Shown piece by piece: positions 31,341 through 40,688 of a stretch of DNA of 64,000 bases. A program made the position numbers and the translations under genes. This stretch comes from an uncultured Actinomycetota bacterium. GTDB lineage: Bacteria > Actinomycetota > Actinomycetes > S36-B12. The DNA is taken from contig CAVVOF010000006.1 in the NCBI GenBank assembly GCA_963749905.1, positions 208,162 through 272,161 on the forward strand, read 5' to 3'. The stretch's first letter is position 1, and every line of letters starts with the position of its first letter. Under the pieces are notes generated by a model. That model made no database searches. It was not told the origin of the DNA and worked only from the letters and a program-made list of their open reading frames with translations.

Positions 31341-33425
31341 GTGGACGCGCTCACGGAGGAGCAGGCCTTCGTCGACCTCGCCTACGCGCATCTGGCCAGG
31401 TACACCGAGCACCTCGACCGGCGGATGGACGCGGTCCGGCACTCCCCCTCCACCGGGACCAACCAAGACCTGCTGGAGAAGCAGGCGCTGTTCGACTCGC
31501 TGGCCCAGCAGCGAGCCAGTGCCGAGGCCGCCGAGCGACGCCTGTGCTTCGGCCGCACCGACGCGCTCGACGGCCAGGTCCAGCACATCGGCCGGATCGG
31601 CCTGCGCGACGACGACGGCGATCCGATCCTGCTCGACTGGCGGGCCCCGACCGCCGCGGGCTTCTACCAGGCCACGTCGGTCGAGCCGATGGGGCTGGCC
31701 GGCCGACGCCGCATCCTCACCCGGGAGCGGCGGGTCACCCACCTCGAGGACGAGGACCTGTCCGACCCCTCGTCGGTCGCCACTGACGCCGCCGCCCGCT
31801 CGGTCGAGGCGCCTCGCGACGGTCGCATGGCCGACATCGTCGCGACGATCGCTGCGGATCAGGATCGGATCGTCCGCAGCCCGCTCGCGCAGGTCACCGT
31901 CGTGCAGGGCGGTCCCGGCACCGGGAAGACCGTCGTGGCGCTGCATCGGGCCGCCTGGCTGCTGTACACGCACCGCGAGCGGCTGTCCCGCGACGGCGTG
32001 CTGGTCGTCGGTCCGTCGCGCGCCTTCCTGCGGTACATCGACCAGGTGCTGCCCAGCCTCGGTGAGACCGACGTCGTCCTGCTGACGCCCGGTCAGCTCT
32101 ACCCGCCGGTGTCCACGGAGCTCCCCGAGCGACCCGATGCGGCCGCCGTCAAGGGCGACCTCGTCATGGCACGAGTCATCGCCAACGCCGTGCACCAGCT
32201 CATCCGCGTGCCCGAGCGCGACGTGACCATCGAGCTCAGCGACGGCACGTCCGTCACGGTCACCGCCCGCCAGCTGGACCAGGCCCGACGCAGCGTGGCC
32301 CGCAACGGCACCTTCCACGCCAACCGCGATCCCTTCCTGATCCGCGTCCTCGCCTACCTGTGCCAGGACCGGGCGCACCGCCGGGGCGACGATCCGGACG
32401 ATCCCGACGTCCGGGCCCAGCTGCTGTCCGACCTGGTGGACGAGCCCGCGGTGCGCCGGACCCTCAACCTGATGTGGCTGCCGACCACCCCCGAACGGGT
32501 CGTCGACCGACTGCTGTCCGACGCGCAGGCGCTGGCCGCGGCGGCCGGCGGACTGCTGACCCCCGACCAGCAGCGCACCCTGCTGCGCCCTGCCGGCTCG
32601 CCGTGGACTGTCGACGACGTGCCGCTGCTCGACGAGGCCGCCGACCGGCTCGGCGAGTACGTTCCCCGCACCCGGACTGCCGAGCGCGACGAGCACGGGT
32701 ACGCGGAGCTGTCCGTCGTCGACCCGATGGCGAGGAACCGGCCGACGTCGACGGTCGCCGAGCGGGCGCTCGCCGACCGCGAGTGGGTGTACGGCCACGT
32801 CATCGTGGACGAGGCGCAGGAGCTGTCCCGGATGGCTTGGCGGGCGCTGTCCCGTCGCTGCACGCGCCGCTCGATGACGGTGGTGGGCGACCTCCAGCAG
32901 ACGACTCATCCGGCCGGTGCCCGCACGTGGGACGAGGCACTCGACTGGGCCGGGTCCAAGCGGGAGCTGCACACGCTCACGGTGACCTACCGGATCACCC
33001 GCGAGACCGCGGCGACGGCGACCGAGCTGCTGACGGCCGCCGGCGGCCATGCGCCCAACCTCCACCCGATCCGGGACGGCGAGGCCACCGAGTGGCTCGA
33101 GGTCGCGCTCGATGACCTGATCGAGCTGCTCGTCGAGCGCACCGCGGGACAGGCCGGCCGCACCGCCGTCGTGGTGCCGGACGACGAGCCCGACATCGTC
33201 GCGGCGCTGGTGGCGTCCGGGCCGCAGTTCGGCGCCGGGAGTGACGCGGTCGACGCCCCCGTCTCGGTGCTCGATGCGCGCAGCACCAAGGGCTTGGAGT
33301 TCGACCATGTCTACGTCGTCGATCCGCGGACGATGTCGCGTCAGGGCACGCGCGGGTCCGACATCTACGTGGCCTGCACGCGGGCGACGCAGCAACTGCA
33401 CGTCGTCCAGCTGACGACTCCCTGA
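31341..33425 (+). CDS. helD: HelD-like UvrD-family ATPase (RNA polymerase recycling motor family)
   Basis: GTG 31341 follows ggaagggaaggg; an alternative ATG lies at 31263. Walker A reads VQGGPGTGKT, Walker B/DExx reads HVIVDEAQE. Also VGDLQQT and KGLEFDHVYV. The N-terminal helical region fits the HelD N-domain and the length is about 700 aa. Confidence 0.78.
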   Translation: MDALTEEQAFVDLAYAHLARYTEHLDRRMDAVRHSPSTGTNQDLLEKQALFDSLAQQRASAEAAERRLCFGRTDALDGQVQHIGRIGLRDDDGDPILLDWRAPTAAGFYQATSVEPMGLAGRRRILTRERRVTHLEDEDLSDPSSVATDAAARSVEAPRDGRMADIVATIAADQDRIVRSPLAQVTVVQGGPGTGKTVVALHRAAWLLYTHRERLSRDGVLVVGPSRAFLRYIDQVLPSLGETDVVLLTPGQLYPPVSTELPERPDAAAVKGDLVMARVIANAVHQLIRVPERDVTIELSDGTSVTVTARQLDQARRSVARNGTFHANRDPFLIRVLAYLCQDRAHRRGDDPDDPDVRAQLLSDLVDEPAVRRTLNLMWLPTTPERVVDRLLSDAQALAAAAGGLLTPDQQRTLLRPAGSPWTVDDVPLLDEAADRLGEYVPRTRTAERDEHGYAELSVVDPMARNRPTSTVAERALADREWVYGHVIVDEAQELSRMAWRALSRRCTRRSMTVVGDLQQTTHPAGARTWDEALDWAGSKRELHTLTVTYRITRETAATATELLTAAGGHAPNLHPIRDGEATEWLEVALDDLIELLVERTAGQAGRTAVVVPDDEPDIVAALVASGPQFGAGSDAVDAPVSVLDARSTKGLEFDHVYVVDPRTMSRQGTRGSDIYVACTRATQQLHVVQLTTP

Positions 33426-33491
33426 CCCGTCGAGCGTGGCGATCAGGCGCGACTCGCCGACGCGGAGCGCCTGAACTCCACGCTCGACGGG
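33425..33491. repeat. Type-A palindromic hairpin repeat, copy 3 (degenerate centre)
   Basis: acccgtcgagcgtggcgatcaggcgc, 16-nt loop gactcgccgacgcgga, gcgcctgaactccacgctcgacggg. It starts at the helD-like stop codon. Confidence 0.78.
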
Positions 33492-33557
33492 AGGACCGCT
33501 GACCCGTCGATCCTGCACAGCGCGACGGGAGCACCCGCGCGCACCTATCCTGACGCC

Positions 33558-34658
33558 GTGCGCGTCCTCACGCTGGCCGGATCCGGAGCCCAGCGCGGTC
33601 TGGACTACGGCCGCGAGGAGGCCGCCCAGATCGCACAGACCGCCACGGCCCTCAAGGCCCATCTCGCCGCGACCGGGCATCCGCCCGCGGCACTGGTCCG
33701 GCGACTGACGACGAGTCCCATGTCGCGGGTGGCCGCCGACCTGACACCCGATCTCTGGGAGGAGGTCACGTCACTGGCGCACGCCGGCCGGGTGCCCCTC
33801 GACGACCTGCTCCTGCTGGTCTTCCTCCCGGACCTGGCCGCCTACTCCACCCAGCCCACCGGCGCGGACGCGGACGACGAACTGCTGCAGAGCACCTGCG
33901 TCGGCGGAGCCGTCCTCGGCCGGGTGCTCGTCGGCGGCATGGGGCAGGCCGACACCAGCGGCCTCCGTGGCGACGCCCGACCGCGCGAGCCGGACACCAC
34001 CGAGCTTGGACAGACCATCGACCTGCCGGACTGGGCGCGCGATCGGATGACCGTGCTGCGCATCGGCACCCTGGACGCGCCCAACGCCGTCGTGATGGCC
34101 TACCCCGGCTCGATCGGTCTCTGCGGAGCGAACGACGACGGCCTCGCCGTGGCGACCTGCTCGCGGCCCGGGTCCCCGGTCAGCACGCAGGGCCTGGGCG
34201 TCGCCTTCGTCGTGCGCCGACTGCTGGAGCTGTCGTCAGTCGAGGCAGCGGAGGGTTTCCTGCGCGCGGTGCCGCACTGCGTGGGGCAGTCCTACGTGGT
34301 CGCCGGCAGCGATGGGCTGGCCTGCTTCGAGGTCGATGCGGACGGCATCCGCCGAGTCGGCGACGGCGCGGACACGGTCATCGTCCAGGCCGACCACTCC
34401 ATCGGCCGCGGGACAACCTCGAGAGCCGCCACCGAGTCGTCCCGCGAACGACTGGCGACGCTGACCGAGGCGGCCGCCAGGCACGCCCCGCTGGCCGAGG
34501 CACTCAGCAGTCCCGTGCTCCTGGACGGCCAGCGGTGGAGCGACCCGCGCCGCACCTTCGGTGCGTTCCGGGCCGTCGGAAATGAGACGTCCGCGCGATT
34601 CATCGACGGGACTGCGCTAGCCGCTGGCCGGGACTGGACCCGGGTCACCTACGTCTGA
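33558..34658 (+). CDS. C45-family (acyl-CoA:6-APA acyltransferase-like) Ntn-hydrolase-fold protein
   Basis: Overall similarity to C45 proteins by eye (GAQRGLDYGRE..., ...NDDGLAV...GQSYVVAGSDG). The assignment is tentative. Confidence 0.5.
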   Translation: MRVLTLAGSGAQRGLDYGREEAAQIAQTATALKAHLAATGHPPAALVRRLTTSPMSRVAADLTPDLWEEVTSLAHAGRVPLDDLLLLVFLPDLAAYSTQPTGADADDELLQSTCVGGAVLGRVLVGGMGQADTSGLRGDARPREPDTTELGQTIDLPDWARDRMTVLRIGTLDAPNAVVMAYPGSIGLCGANDDGLAVATCSRPGSPVSTQGLGVAFVVRRLLELSSVEAAEGFLRAVPHCVGQSYVVAGSDGLACFEVDADGIRRVGDGADTVIVQADHSIGRGTTSRAATESSRERLATLTEAAARHAPLAEALSSPVLLDGQRWSDPRRTFGAFRAVGNETSARFIDGTALAAGRDWTRVTYV

Positions 34659-35281
34659 GAATCGTCGTCGAGCAGACGAGTCAGGTCAGCGACAACCGCC
34701 GCAAGCGCGACCAGCAGCGACGACGGCGCTCCCCGCTCACTCAGCAGCGCGAGGTTCGCCTGGTAGTACCAGAGCACCCGGTCCGGGAGTGCGTGGAAGC
34801 GCGACATCGCCGCCGGCCCCTCGACGACGACATCGACCACGATGGCACGGCCGTTGTGCACCTTGTCCGCGGCCCAGACGGTCAACGCGTCGAGGTCGGC
34901 GTCCGCCAGTCGTGCCAGGTGCTCGCGCTTGCGCACTTCCCACGGCGCCTTGCCGGATTCCTCCGGTTCCAGCGAGTCGCTGCAGTCCTCGACGATGCGC
35001 GCCACCCGCGGACCGAAGCGCTCGCGGATGTCGGCCAGTCGCGACCAGCCGCCGTGGTCCTCGGCCGCGTCATGCAGCAGCCCGGCGATCGCGAGGTCCT
35101 CGTCACCACCTGCCTCGAGGATCAGCGACGCGACGCCGAGCAGGTGCGCGACGTACGGCGTTGCGGCGCGGTCGGTACGCCCGCGGGGTTGCTTTCGGAC
35201 CTGGTCCGCATGCACGTCGACGGCGTAGGCGACCGCTTCCGCGAAGCGGGAGGACAGGCGCGTCGCGGCAGGGTCCGGCAC
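34649..35281 (-). CDS. HD-domain phosphohydrolase (RelA/SpoT-type HD; possible small alarmone hydrolase)
   Basis: PYVAHLLGVASL and AGLLHDAAEDHG match the H...HD...D pattern of (p)ppGpp hydrolase domains. Confidence 0.72.
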   Translation of the reverse strand: MPDPAATRLSSRFAEAVAYAVDVHADQVRKQPRGRTDRAATPYVAHLLGVASLILEAGGDEDLAIAGLLHDAAEDHGGWSRLADIRERFGPRVARIVEDCSDSLEPEESGKAPWEVRKREHLARLADADLDALTVWAADKVHNGRAIVVDVVVEGPAAMSRFHALPDRVLWYYQANLALLSERGAPSSLLVALAAVVADLTRLLDDDSQT

Positions 35282-35388
35282 GTCGCCAACCTACCGTGGT
35301 GCACCGATACCGAATCGTTGTGAACAGCGGGAAACGACGCACACGATGGACACGTCGCATCGGTGCAGCTACCGATGGAGGAGGAACC

Positions 35389-36345
35389 ATGCGGGCACGA
35401 GCAGCAGCACTGGCAGCGATCCTGGCAACCGGCATCCTGGTGACCGGCTGCTCGGCCAGCGGCGACACCGCCGCCACCGAGCCCGCTGGTGTCGGCGGGG
35501 AGATGATGGTGGAGGGCGGCCAGCCCGCACCGGACATGGGCGTGACGGAGGAGATGCCGGCCGACGCCATGGCCCGCGAGGCCGGCGCCGGCACCACGGT
35601 CACCGGCTCGACGACGGTGACCGAGCGCCAGATCGTGCGCACCGGGTACATGTCCATGCGCGTGGAGGACGTGCGCCGGTCAGCCGCGGAGGTCCGCGGC
35701 CTGACGACGGCCGCCAATGGGCTGATCACCGCCGAGGACATCGGGGCCAGCGGGGAGAGCGCCTACGCCACCATCCAGGCGCAGGTCCCCGCCGATCGAC
35801 TCGACCGGTTCATCGAGGACCTCTCAGGGCTCGGCACCGTCGACACCATCAATCTTTCGGCATCGGACGTGACCGCGCAGGTGGTCGACCTCGATGCGCG
35901 CATCGACGCCCTGCGGACGAGCATCTCCCGGCTCAGCCAATTGCTCGCACAGGCATCTCGGATCGAGGACCTGCTGGCCATCGAGACGCAGCTGGCCCAG
36001 CGCCAGAGCGAGCTCGACGCCCTGACGGCGCAGCGCGCCTACCTCGCCGACCAGGTCGCGATGTCGACCCTGACCGTCACCCTTGCTCCGCTCACCGTGT
36101 CCCCGGAGATCGAGGCACCCGGCTTCCTGTCCGGGCTGAAGAGCGGCTGGGCCGCCTTCGTCTCGCTGGTGATGGTGGCCGTCACCGCCGTGGGCTTCCT
36201 GCTCCCGTGGCTGGTCCTGATGGCGCTGGTGGCCGTGCCCGTGGTGATCATCGCCATGCGGCACACGAGGCGGAACCGGCGGAACGAGCCAAGCCCCTCC
36301 GGTGAGGCCGTTCGCACGCCGGTCGAGGACCGCCCTCAGCCGTAG
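35389..36345 (+). CDS. DUF4349-family lipoprotein with a C-terminal TM anchor
   Basis: ATG 35389 follows ggaggagga. Lipobox LVTGCSAS, then the coiled-coil stretch DLDARIDALRTSISRLSQLL...ETQLAQRQSELDAL, then two TM segments. Confidence 0.7.
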   Translation: MRARAAALAAILATGILVTGCSASGDTAATEPAGVGGEMMVEGGQPAPDMGVTEEMPADAMAREAGAGTTVTGSTTVTERQIVRTGYMSMRVEDVRRSAAEVRGLTTAANGLITAEDIGASGESAYATIQAQVPADRLDRFIEDLSGLGTVDTINLSASDVTAQVVDLDARIDALRTSISRLSQLLAQASRIEDLLAIETQLAQRQSELDALTAQRAYLADQVAMSTLTVTLAPLTVSPEIEAPGFLSGLKSGWAAFVSLVMVAVTAVGFLLPWLVLMALVAVPVVIIAMRHTRRNRRNEPSPSGEAVRTPVEDRPQP

Positions 36346-37229
36346 GTGCAGCCGGTGACCGCGTCACCGACGATGGCGACGGTGAACCGGTCGCGTCGGT
36401 AGTCCATGGTGACCGCCATCGGTTGGCCGTCGACGCTGCCCACCCGGAGCGTGTAGCCGTACTCCGACGCGAATGCGCTGGCCTGGTTCGACGTCATGCG
36501 CTCGTCGACCATCTGCCGGCACATGCCGACCATCTGGGCTGAGCCGGCCACCGTGGGCGTGCCGGCCACCTGCTCGAGGTTCCGGGCCACGCGCAGCAGC
36601 TGGCGGTAGGTCAGGCCAGCCGACTGCAGCACGATCGACGTGGTGCCCGGGGCGGTCATGGTGGACGCCGGCCGCATCGTCATCACCAGCGTGCCGCCGT
36701 GCTCCAGCACATCCGAGCGCGTGCACCGGAAGCGACGCGGCACCGGTACCGGGTCCGAATCCGACGGCTGCTCGAAACAGTCCGCGTAGACGGTCGCGCG
36801 GACGGTGTAGCGCATTCCCGGATCACCGACCCGCAGGCTGACGCGCTCGACCTTGGCCGCGCTGGTGGTGAAGACCGGCTCGGCGCTCCAGCCGGTGCCC
36901 GCCCACTTCTCCTGGACCAGCACGCCGTTCTTGCGGGTCCCGTATCGAGCGCCGACGAACGTGTCTCCCCCCGCAACCGCTCCGTTGGCGAACGTCAGGT
37001 TGTCGGCCAGCACCGAGAGCCGACCGTTGAGGTCCCGATCACCCGTCCACGTCGGCTCCCACAGGGAACCAGCGGTGCCGAGCGTGCTGGCGGCGGTGTC
37101 CCACGTTGCGACCTTGGTGTCCGCGTCCATCGCAGCCGCGGCGGCCGGGGCGGCCGAGACCGCCCCCAAGCCCAGAGTCGTCAACAGGACGATGGCCGCC
37201 CGGCCGCTTGTCGGTCGCGCGCCGCGCAT
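36336..37229 (-). CDS. Secreted protein with a C-terminal peptidase-inhibitor I78-like domain
   Basis: Signal peptide. The C-terminus reads YGYTLRVGSVDGQPMAVTMDYRRDRFTVAIVGDAVTGCTYG and is paralogous to the C-terminus of the upstream gene. Confidence 0.6.
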   Translation of the reverse strand: MRGARPTSGRAAIVLLTTLGLGAVSAAPAAAAAMDADTKVATWDTAASTLGTAGSLWEPTWTGDRDLNGRLSVLADNLTFANGAVAGGDTFVGARYGTRKNGVLVQEKWAGTGWSAEPVFTTSAAKVERVSLRVGDPGMRYTVRATVYADCFEQPSDSDPVPVPRRFRCTRSDVLEHGGTLVMTMRPASTMTAPGTTSIVLQSAGLTYRQLLRVARNLEQVAGTPTVAGSAQMVGMCRQMVDERMTSNQASAFASEYGYTLRVGSVDGQPMAVTMDYRRDRFTVAIVGDAVTGCTYG

Positions 37230-37606
37230 CAGCCGTACGTGCAGCCGATGACCGCGCCGCCCTCGACCTCGAACGTGAAGCGATCCTCGCGGTAGTCCAT
37301 GGTCACCGCCTGCCCCTCGCCGTCGATGCTGCCCACCCGGGCGACGTAGCCGTTCTGCTCGGCGAGCGCGGTGGCGTCCTCAGGCGACAGCGCGCCGGCG
37401 ACCATCTCGTCGCACAGCGCCTGCATCTCAGGAGTGCCCGCCTCACCTGCGCCCGCGGCGGCCGATGACGCGGGCGCGACTGCGTCCGTGGCTTCGCTGG
37501 CCGTGTCGTCGGACGAGCAGGCGGCGAGCAGCCCCACGGTCAAGGCGAGGCTCGCCAGCGAGGCGGCCACGCGCCGCGCGGCGGGCTTCGGTGTGGTTGT
37601 CATCAT
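37229..37606 (-). CDS. Lipoprotein with a peptidase-inhibitor I78-like domain
   Basis: ATG 37606 follows ggagagg. Lipobox GLLAACSS. The C-terminus reads NGYVARVGSIDGEGQAVTMDYREDRFTFEVEGGAVIGCTYG. Confidence 0.65.
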   Translation of the reverse strand: MMTTTPKPAARRVAASLASLALTVGLLAACSSDDTASEATDAVAPASSAAAGAGEAGTPEMQALCDEMVAGALSPEDATALAEQNGYVARVGSIDGEGQAVTMDYREDRFTFEVEGGAVIGCTYG

Positions 37607-38241
37607 TGGACCTCTCCTGACGGCTCGTGGTCGGCCTGGTCGTCCAGTGCGGGCGCCGACTCGACAGTACCCGACGTCTCTCGGGGTCGGCTCAGTCCCG
37701 GAATGCCGACGACCCAGTCGTAGATGACGCTGGTGCGCAGCACGACGTCCTGGACCGACCGGTTCGCACCGCTGACGATGGACCAGAGCAGGCCCCATGG
37801 GAAGACCGTGCAGAACAGGGCACGCACGAAGGCGCCCGCCCAGCGCAGATGCTCGCCCTTGCGGTTGACCACCCGCAGGCCCATGATCAGATTGCCGATG
37901 GTGCGCCCGGACGTCGCCCAGAAGACCGTCCAGTACACGACGTTCAGGACGTACCCGTACAGGATCATGAGGGCCGCCGCAGGGACGCGGCTCCCCTCGC
38001 TCGCGGCACCGCTCGAGTCGTCCAGCGGCTGGAAGATGAAGGACACCACCCACAGGACCGCGATCGTGCCGAGGACGACCAGGATGATGATGGCGACATC
38101 GATGGCCGCAGCGATCGCCCGGCTGACGAAGCCGGCTCGATTGCCCTGGAAGGCGACGGCGTAGGACGGCAGCGACGGCAGCTTTCTCGAGGGCGTGCTG
38201 CCGTTCTCCATCTCGACGCGGTACTCGCGGAAGGACGTCAT
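37603..38241 (-). CDS. RDD-family membrane protein
   Basis: GFVSRAIAAAIDVAIIILV and WATSGRTIGNLIMGLRVV match the RDD pattern. Three TM segments. ATGA overlaps occur at both ends. Confidence 0.8.
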   Translation of the reverse strand: MTSFREYRVEMENGSTPSRKLPSLPSYAVAFQGNRAGFVSRAIAAAIDVAIIILVVLGTIAVLWVVSFIFQPLDDSSGAASEGSRVPAAALMILYGYVLNVVYWTVFWATSGRTIGNLIMGLRVVNRKGEHLRWAGAFVRALFCTVFPWGLLWSIVSGANRSVQDVVLRTSVIYDWVVGIPGLSRPRETSGTVESAPALDDQADHEPSGEVQ

Positions 38242-38870
38242 TCCAGTGACTCCGGCTGGCCCGGGGCGTCCACCTTGCGGCCCTTGCGGAAGGTGGCCCT
38301 GTCGACGACGCGCGAGACCAGATTGTCCGCGCCCGCCGACTGCCGGCGCATCGTGTTGAGCGCATCGCCTGCGATGCCACTGGTCGAGTCCCGGATGATC
38401 TGCGGGAGGTCGATCTCGTCCACGACGTAGTTGGCCAGCGGCAGGATCGGCACCCGGTCGATGACCGCCTCGATATCGGCTGCCCCCACGATCGCGTCGA
38501 GGTCGACCCGCTGGAGGACGACCTCCGTCAGGTCGAGGCTGTCCAGGGCGGCGGTCACGACCCGGTGCAGGTCCACTTGGTCGATCACCACGTCCGTCAG
38601 GTCGATGCGCTCGATGATCGCGTCGGCAAGGACCGGCACCAGCCGGTCGAGGGCGGCGTTGACCGCGTTCGTCACGCTGTAGGTCACCGTCTGCTCGATC
38701 AGCGAGACCATGGTGGTCGCCGTGTAGGACGCCATCCCCCAGGTGTTGGCCAGCAGGTCGCGAACGGTGTCCAGCGGGGTCGGCGGGGTCGACGGCACGG
38801 GGCGCGTCACCAGCACCACTTCCGCCGGCCGCCCCGGCTCCGCCCTGTCCACGGGCCCATCATGCTGCAA
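38238..38870 (-). CDS. Hypothetical protein with ~11-residue (I/V)DL..VV repeats
   Basis: ERIDLTDVVIDQVDLHRVVTAALDSLDLTEVVLQRVDLDAIVGAADIEAVIDRV...EIDLPQIIRDS. I recognise no family. It is the first gene of a 4-gene overlapping operon. Confidence 0.5.
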   Translation of the reverse strand: MQHDGPVDRAEPGRPAEVVLVTRPVPSTPPTPLDTVRDLLANTWGMASYTATTMVSLIEQTVTYSVTNAVNAALDRLVPVLADAIIERIDLTDVVIDQVDLHRVVTAALDSLDLTEVVLQRVDLDAIVGAADIEAVIDRVPILPLANYVVDEIDLPQIIRDSTSGIAGDALNTMRRQSAGADNLVSRVVDRATFRKGRKVDAPGQPESLE

Positions 38871-38929
38871 CTCCTAGGATGGCGCCCACGGTCCTCCTCC
38901 ACGGGGACGAACGGGGCAGGAAGGGTCAC

Positions 38930-40078
38930 ATGGAGGTCGTCGCCGGGCAGTGGCGCGCTGAGGCGGGCTGGAGTCCCGATCCATCCGCGTTCGCCGCCGG
39001 TGCCGCGGATGGCGGCGCCCGCACCCTCGTGCTCTTCTTCGCCGACCGGGCCCTCGATCCGTCCGCCATCACCGAACTGGCCGCGGCGATGCCCCGCGCC
39101 GTCGTCGTGGGCTGCTCGACCGCAGGCCAGATCCTTGGCAACGAAGTCTCCGACGCCCCGATGATCGCGGCCGCCATTCACTTCGACTCGGTCACCCCGC
39201 GCGCGGCATGGGCCAGCCTGGACGAGCGCGCCTCGAGCATCGCCCTCGGTGAGCTCGTCGGCCAGCGACTCGAGTGCGAGCAGCTTGCGCGCAAGCCGGG
39301 CACCGTCCTGGTCCTCGCGGACGGCAGCCTGGTCAACGGGACCGCACTCGTCGACGGCCTGCGCTCGGTAATCCCCTTCCATGTGGGCATCTCCGGGGGC
39401 CTCGCCGGCGACGGCGACCGCTTCGAGCAGACCTGGGTCTACGCGGACGGCGCGGTGCGCACCGGGGCGGTCGCGGGGGTGGCCCTGGTGGGCGACCGGC
39501 TGACGGTCGGCTACGGGTCCGAGGGCGGCTGGGAGGGCTTCGGCCCGTTCCGGACGGTCACCGCCTCGCGCGGCAACGTCCTGTCCACCCTCGACGATCA
39601 GTCCGCGCTCGACCTCTACCGCGAGTACCTGGGCGAGCGGGCCACGGACCTGCCGGCCAGTGCCCTGGACTTCCCGCTGCTCATCCGCTCCCCAGACGGC
39701 TCCGTCGAGCTTGTCCGGACCGTGCTGGGCGTCGATGCGGACGCCGACACCATGACGTTCGCCGGCGACGTGCCGGTCGGGTGGTCCGCCCGCATGATGC
39801 GCACGACCGACGGCCACCTGGTGGCGGCGGCCTCCACCGCGGCCGCCGCTGCGGGCGAGATGGCACCTCGGGCGCGCTTGGCGGTTGCCGTCTCCTGCGT
39901 CGGCCGTCGGCTGGTCCTCGGCTCGCGCACGGATGACGAGGTGCGGGCGGTGTCGGCGGTCCTCGGCGCGGATACCGCCCTCGTCGGCTTCTACGCCTAC
40001 GGCGAGATCACGCAGAAGGGCGCGTTCTGCGACCTGCACAACCAGACGATGACGCTCACCACGATCACTGAGGCGTGA
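38930..40078 (+). CDS. FIST N+C domain sensor-like protein
   Basis: VVGCSTAGQI, LADGSLVNG, GISGGLAGDG and FYAYGEI are typical of FIST_N/FIST_C. The ORF opens at 38879, but ATG 38930 has the better SD (aggaaggg). Confidence 0.8.
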   Translation: MEVVAGQWRAEAGWSPDPSAFAAGAADGGARTLVLFFADRALDPSAITELAAAMPRAVVVGCSTAGQILGNEVSDAPMIAAAIHFDSVTPRAAWASLDERASSIALGELVGQRLECEQLARKPGTVLVLADGSLVNGTALVDGLRSVIPFHVGISGGLAGDGDRFEQTWVYADGAVRTGAVAGVALVGDRLTVGYGSEGGWEGFGPFRTVTASRGNVLSTLDDQSALDLYREYLGERATDLPASALDFPLLIRSPDGSVELVRTVLGVDADADTMTFAGDVPVGWSARMMRTTDGHLVAAASTAAAAAGEMAPRARLAVAVSCVGRRLVLGSRTDDEVRAVSAVLGADTALVGFYAYGEITQKGAFCDLHNQTMTLTTITEA

Positions 40079-40090
40079 CCGCGAAGTCCG

Positions 40091-40633
40091 CTAGTCGACG
40101 GACAGCGGACCGGTCTTCGCCTCGGGGAAGTAGTCCTGGCCGATGCCGCTGGTGCGCTTGGGGACCATCACCGAGCGGAACCAGGAGACGATCTCGTCGC
40201 CGTCCTGGTTGAGGCCGCGGGTCTTCATCCGGATGATGCCCATCTCCGGACGCGACGAGCTCTCCCGCTTGTCGAGGCAGATGGACTCGGCGTAGATGGT
40301 GTCCCCGATGTAGACGGGGTGCGTCAGCTTGATGTCCGTCCACCCGAGGTTGGCGACCGCGTTCTGGCTCATGTCGATCACGGACAGGCCCAGCACGAGG
40401 GCCACGGTCAGGCCGGAATTGACGATGATGCGGCCCTGCGTGATCGGGTTCGACTGCGCGAGGTGGGCGTTGAAGTGGTTCTGGTTCGTGTTGCAGGTCA
40501 GCAACGTGAACCAGGTCGAGTCGGCCTCGGAGATGGTCCGACCGAACGGATGCTGGTAGACGGTGCCCACCTCGAAGTCCTCGAAGAACCGGCCGAGTTG
40601 GGCGGGGACGACAGTGACGTTCTCATCGCTCAT
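40091..40633 (-). CDS. MaoC-family (hot-dog) dehydratase
   Basis: ATG 40633 follows ggagga. Sequence FEDFEVGTVYQHPFGRTISEADSTWFTLLTCNTNQNHFN... Confidence 0.85.
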   Translation of the reverse strand: MSDENVTVVPAQLGRFFEDFEVGTVYQHPFGRTISEADSTWFTLLTCNTNQNHFNAHLAQSNPITQGRIIVNSGLTVALVLGLSVIDMSQNAVANLGWTDIKLTHPVYIGDTIYAESICLDKRESSSRPEMGIIRMKTRGLNQDGDEIVSWFRSVMVPKRTSGIGQDYFPEAKTGPLSVD

Positions 40634-40688
40634 GGGGGCATCCTCCCCCTTCTGCTTGCGAAATCGGCTCTTGGGGTGAGAATGAGGA

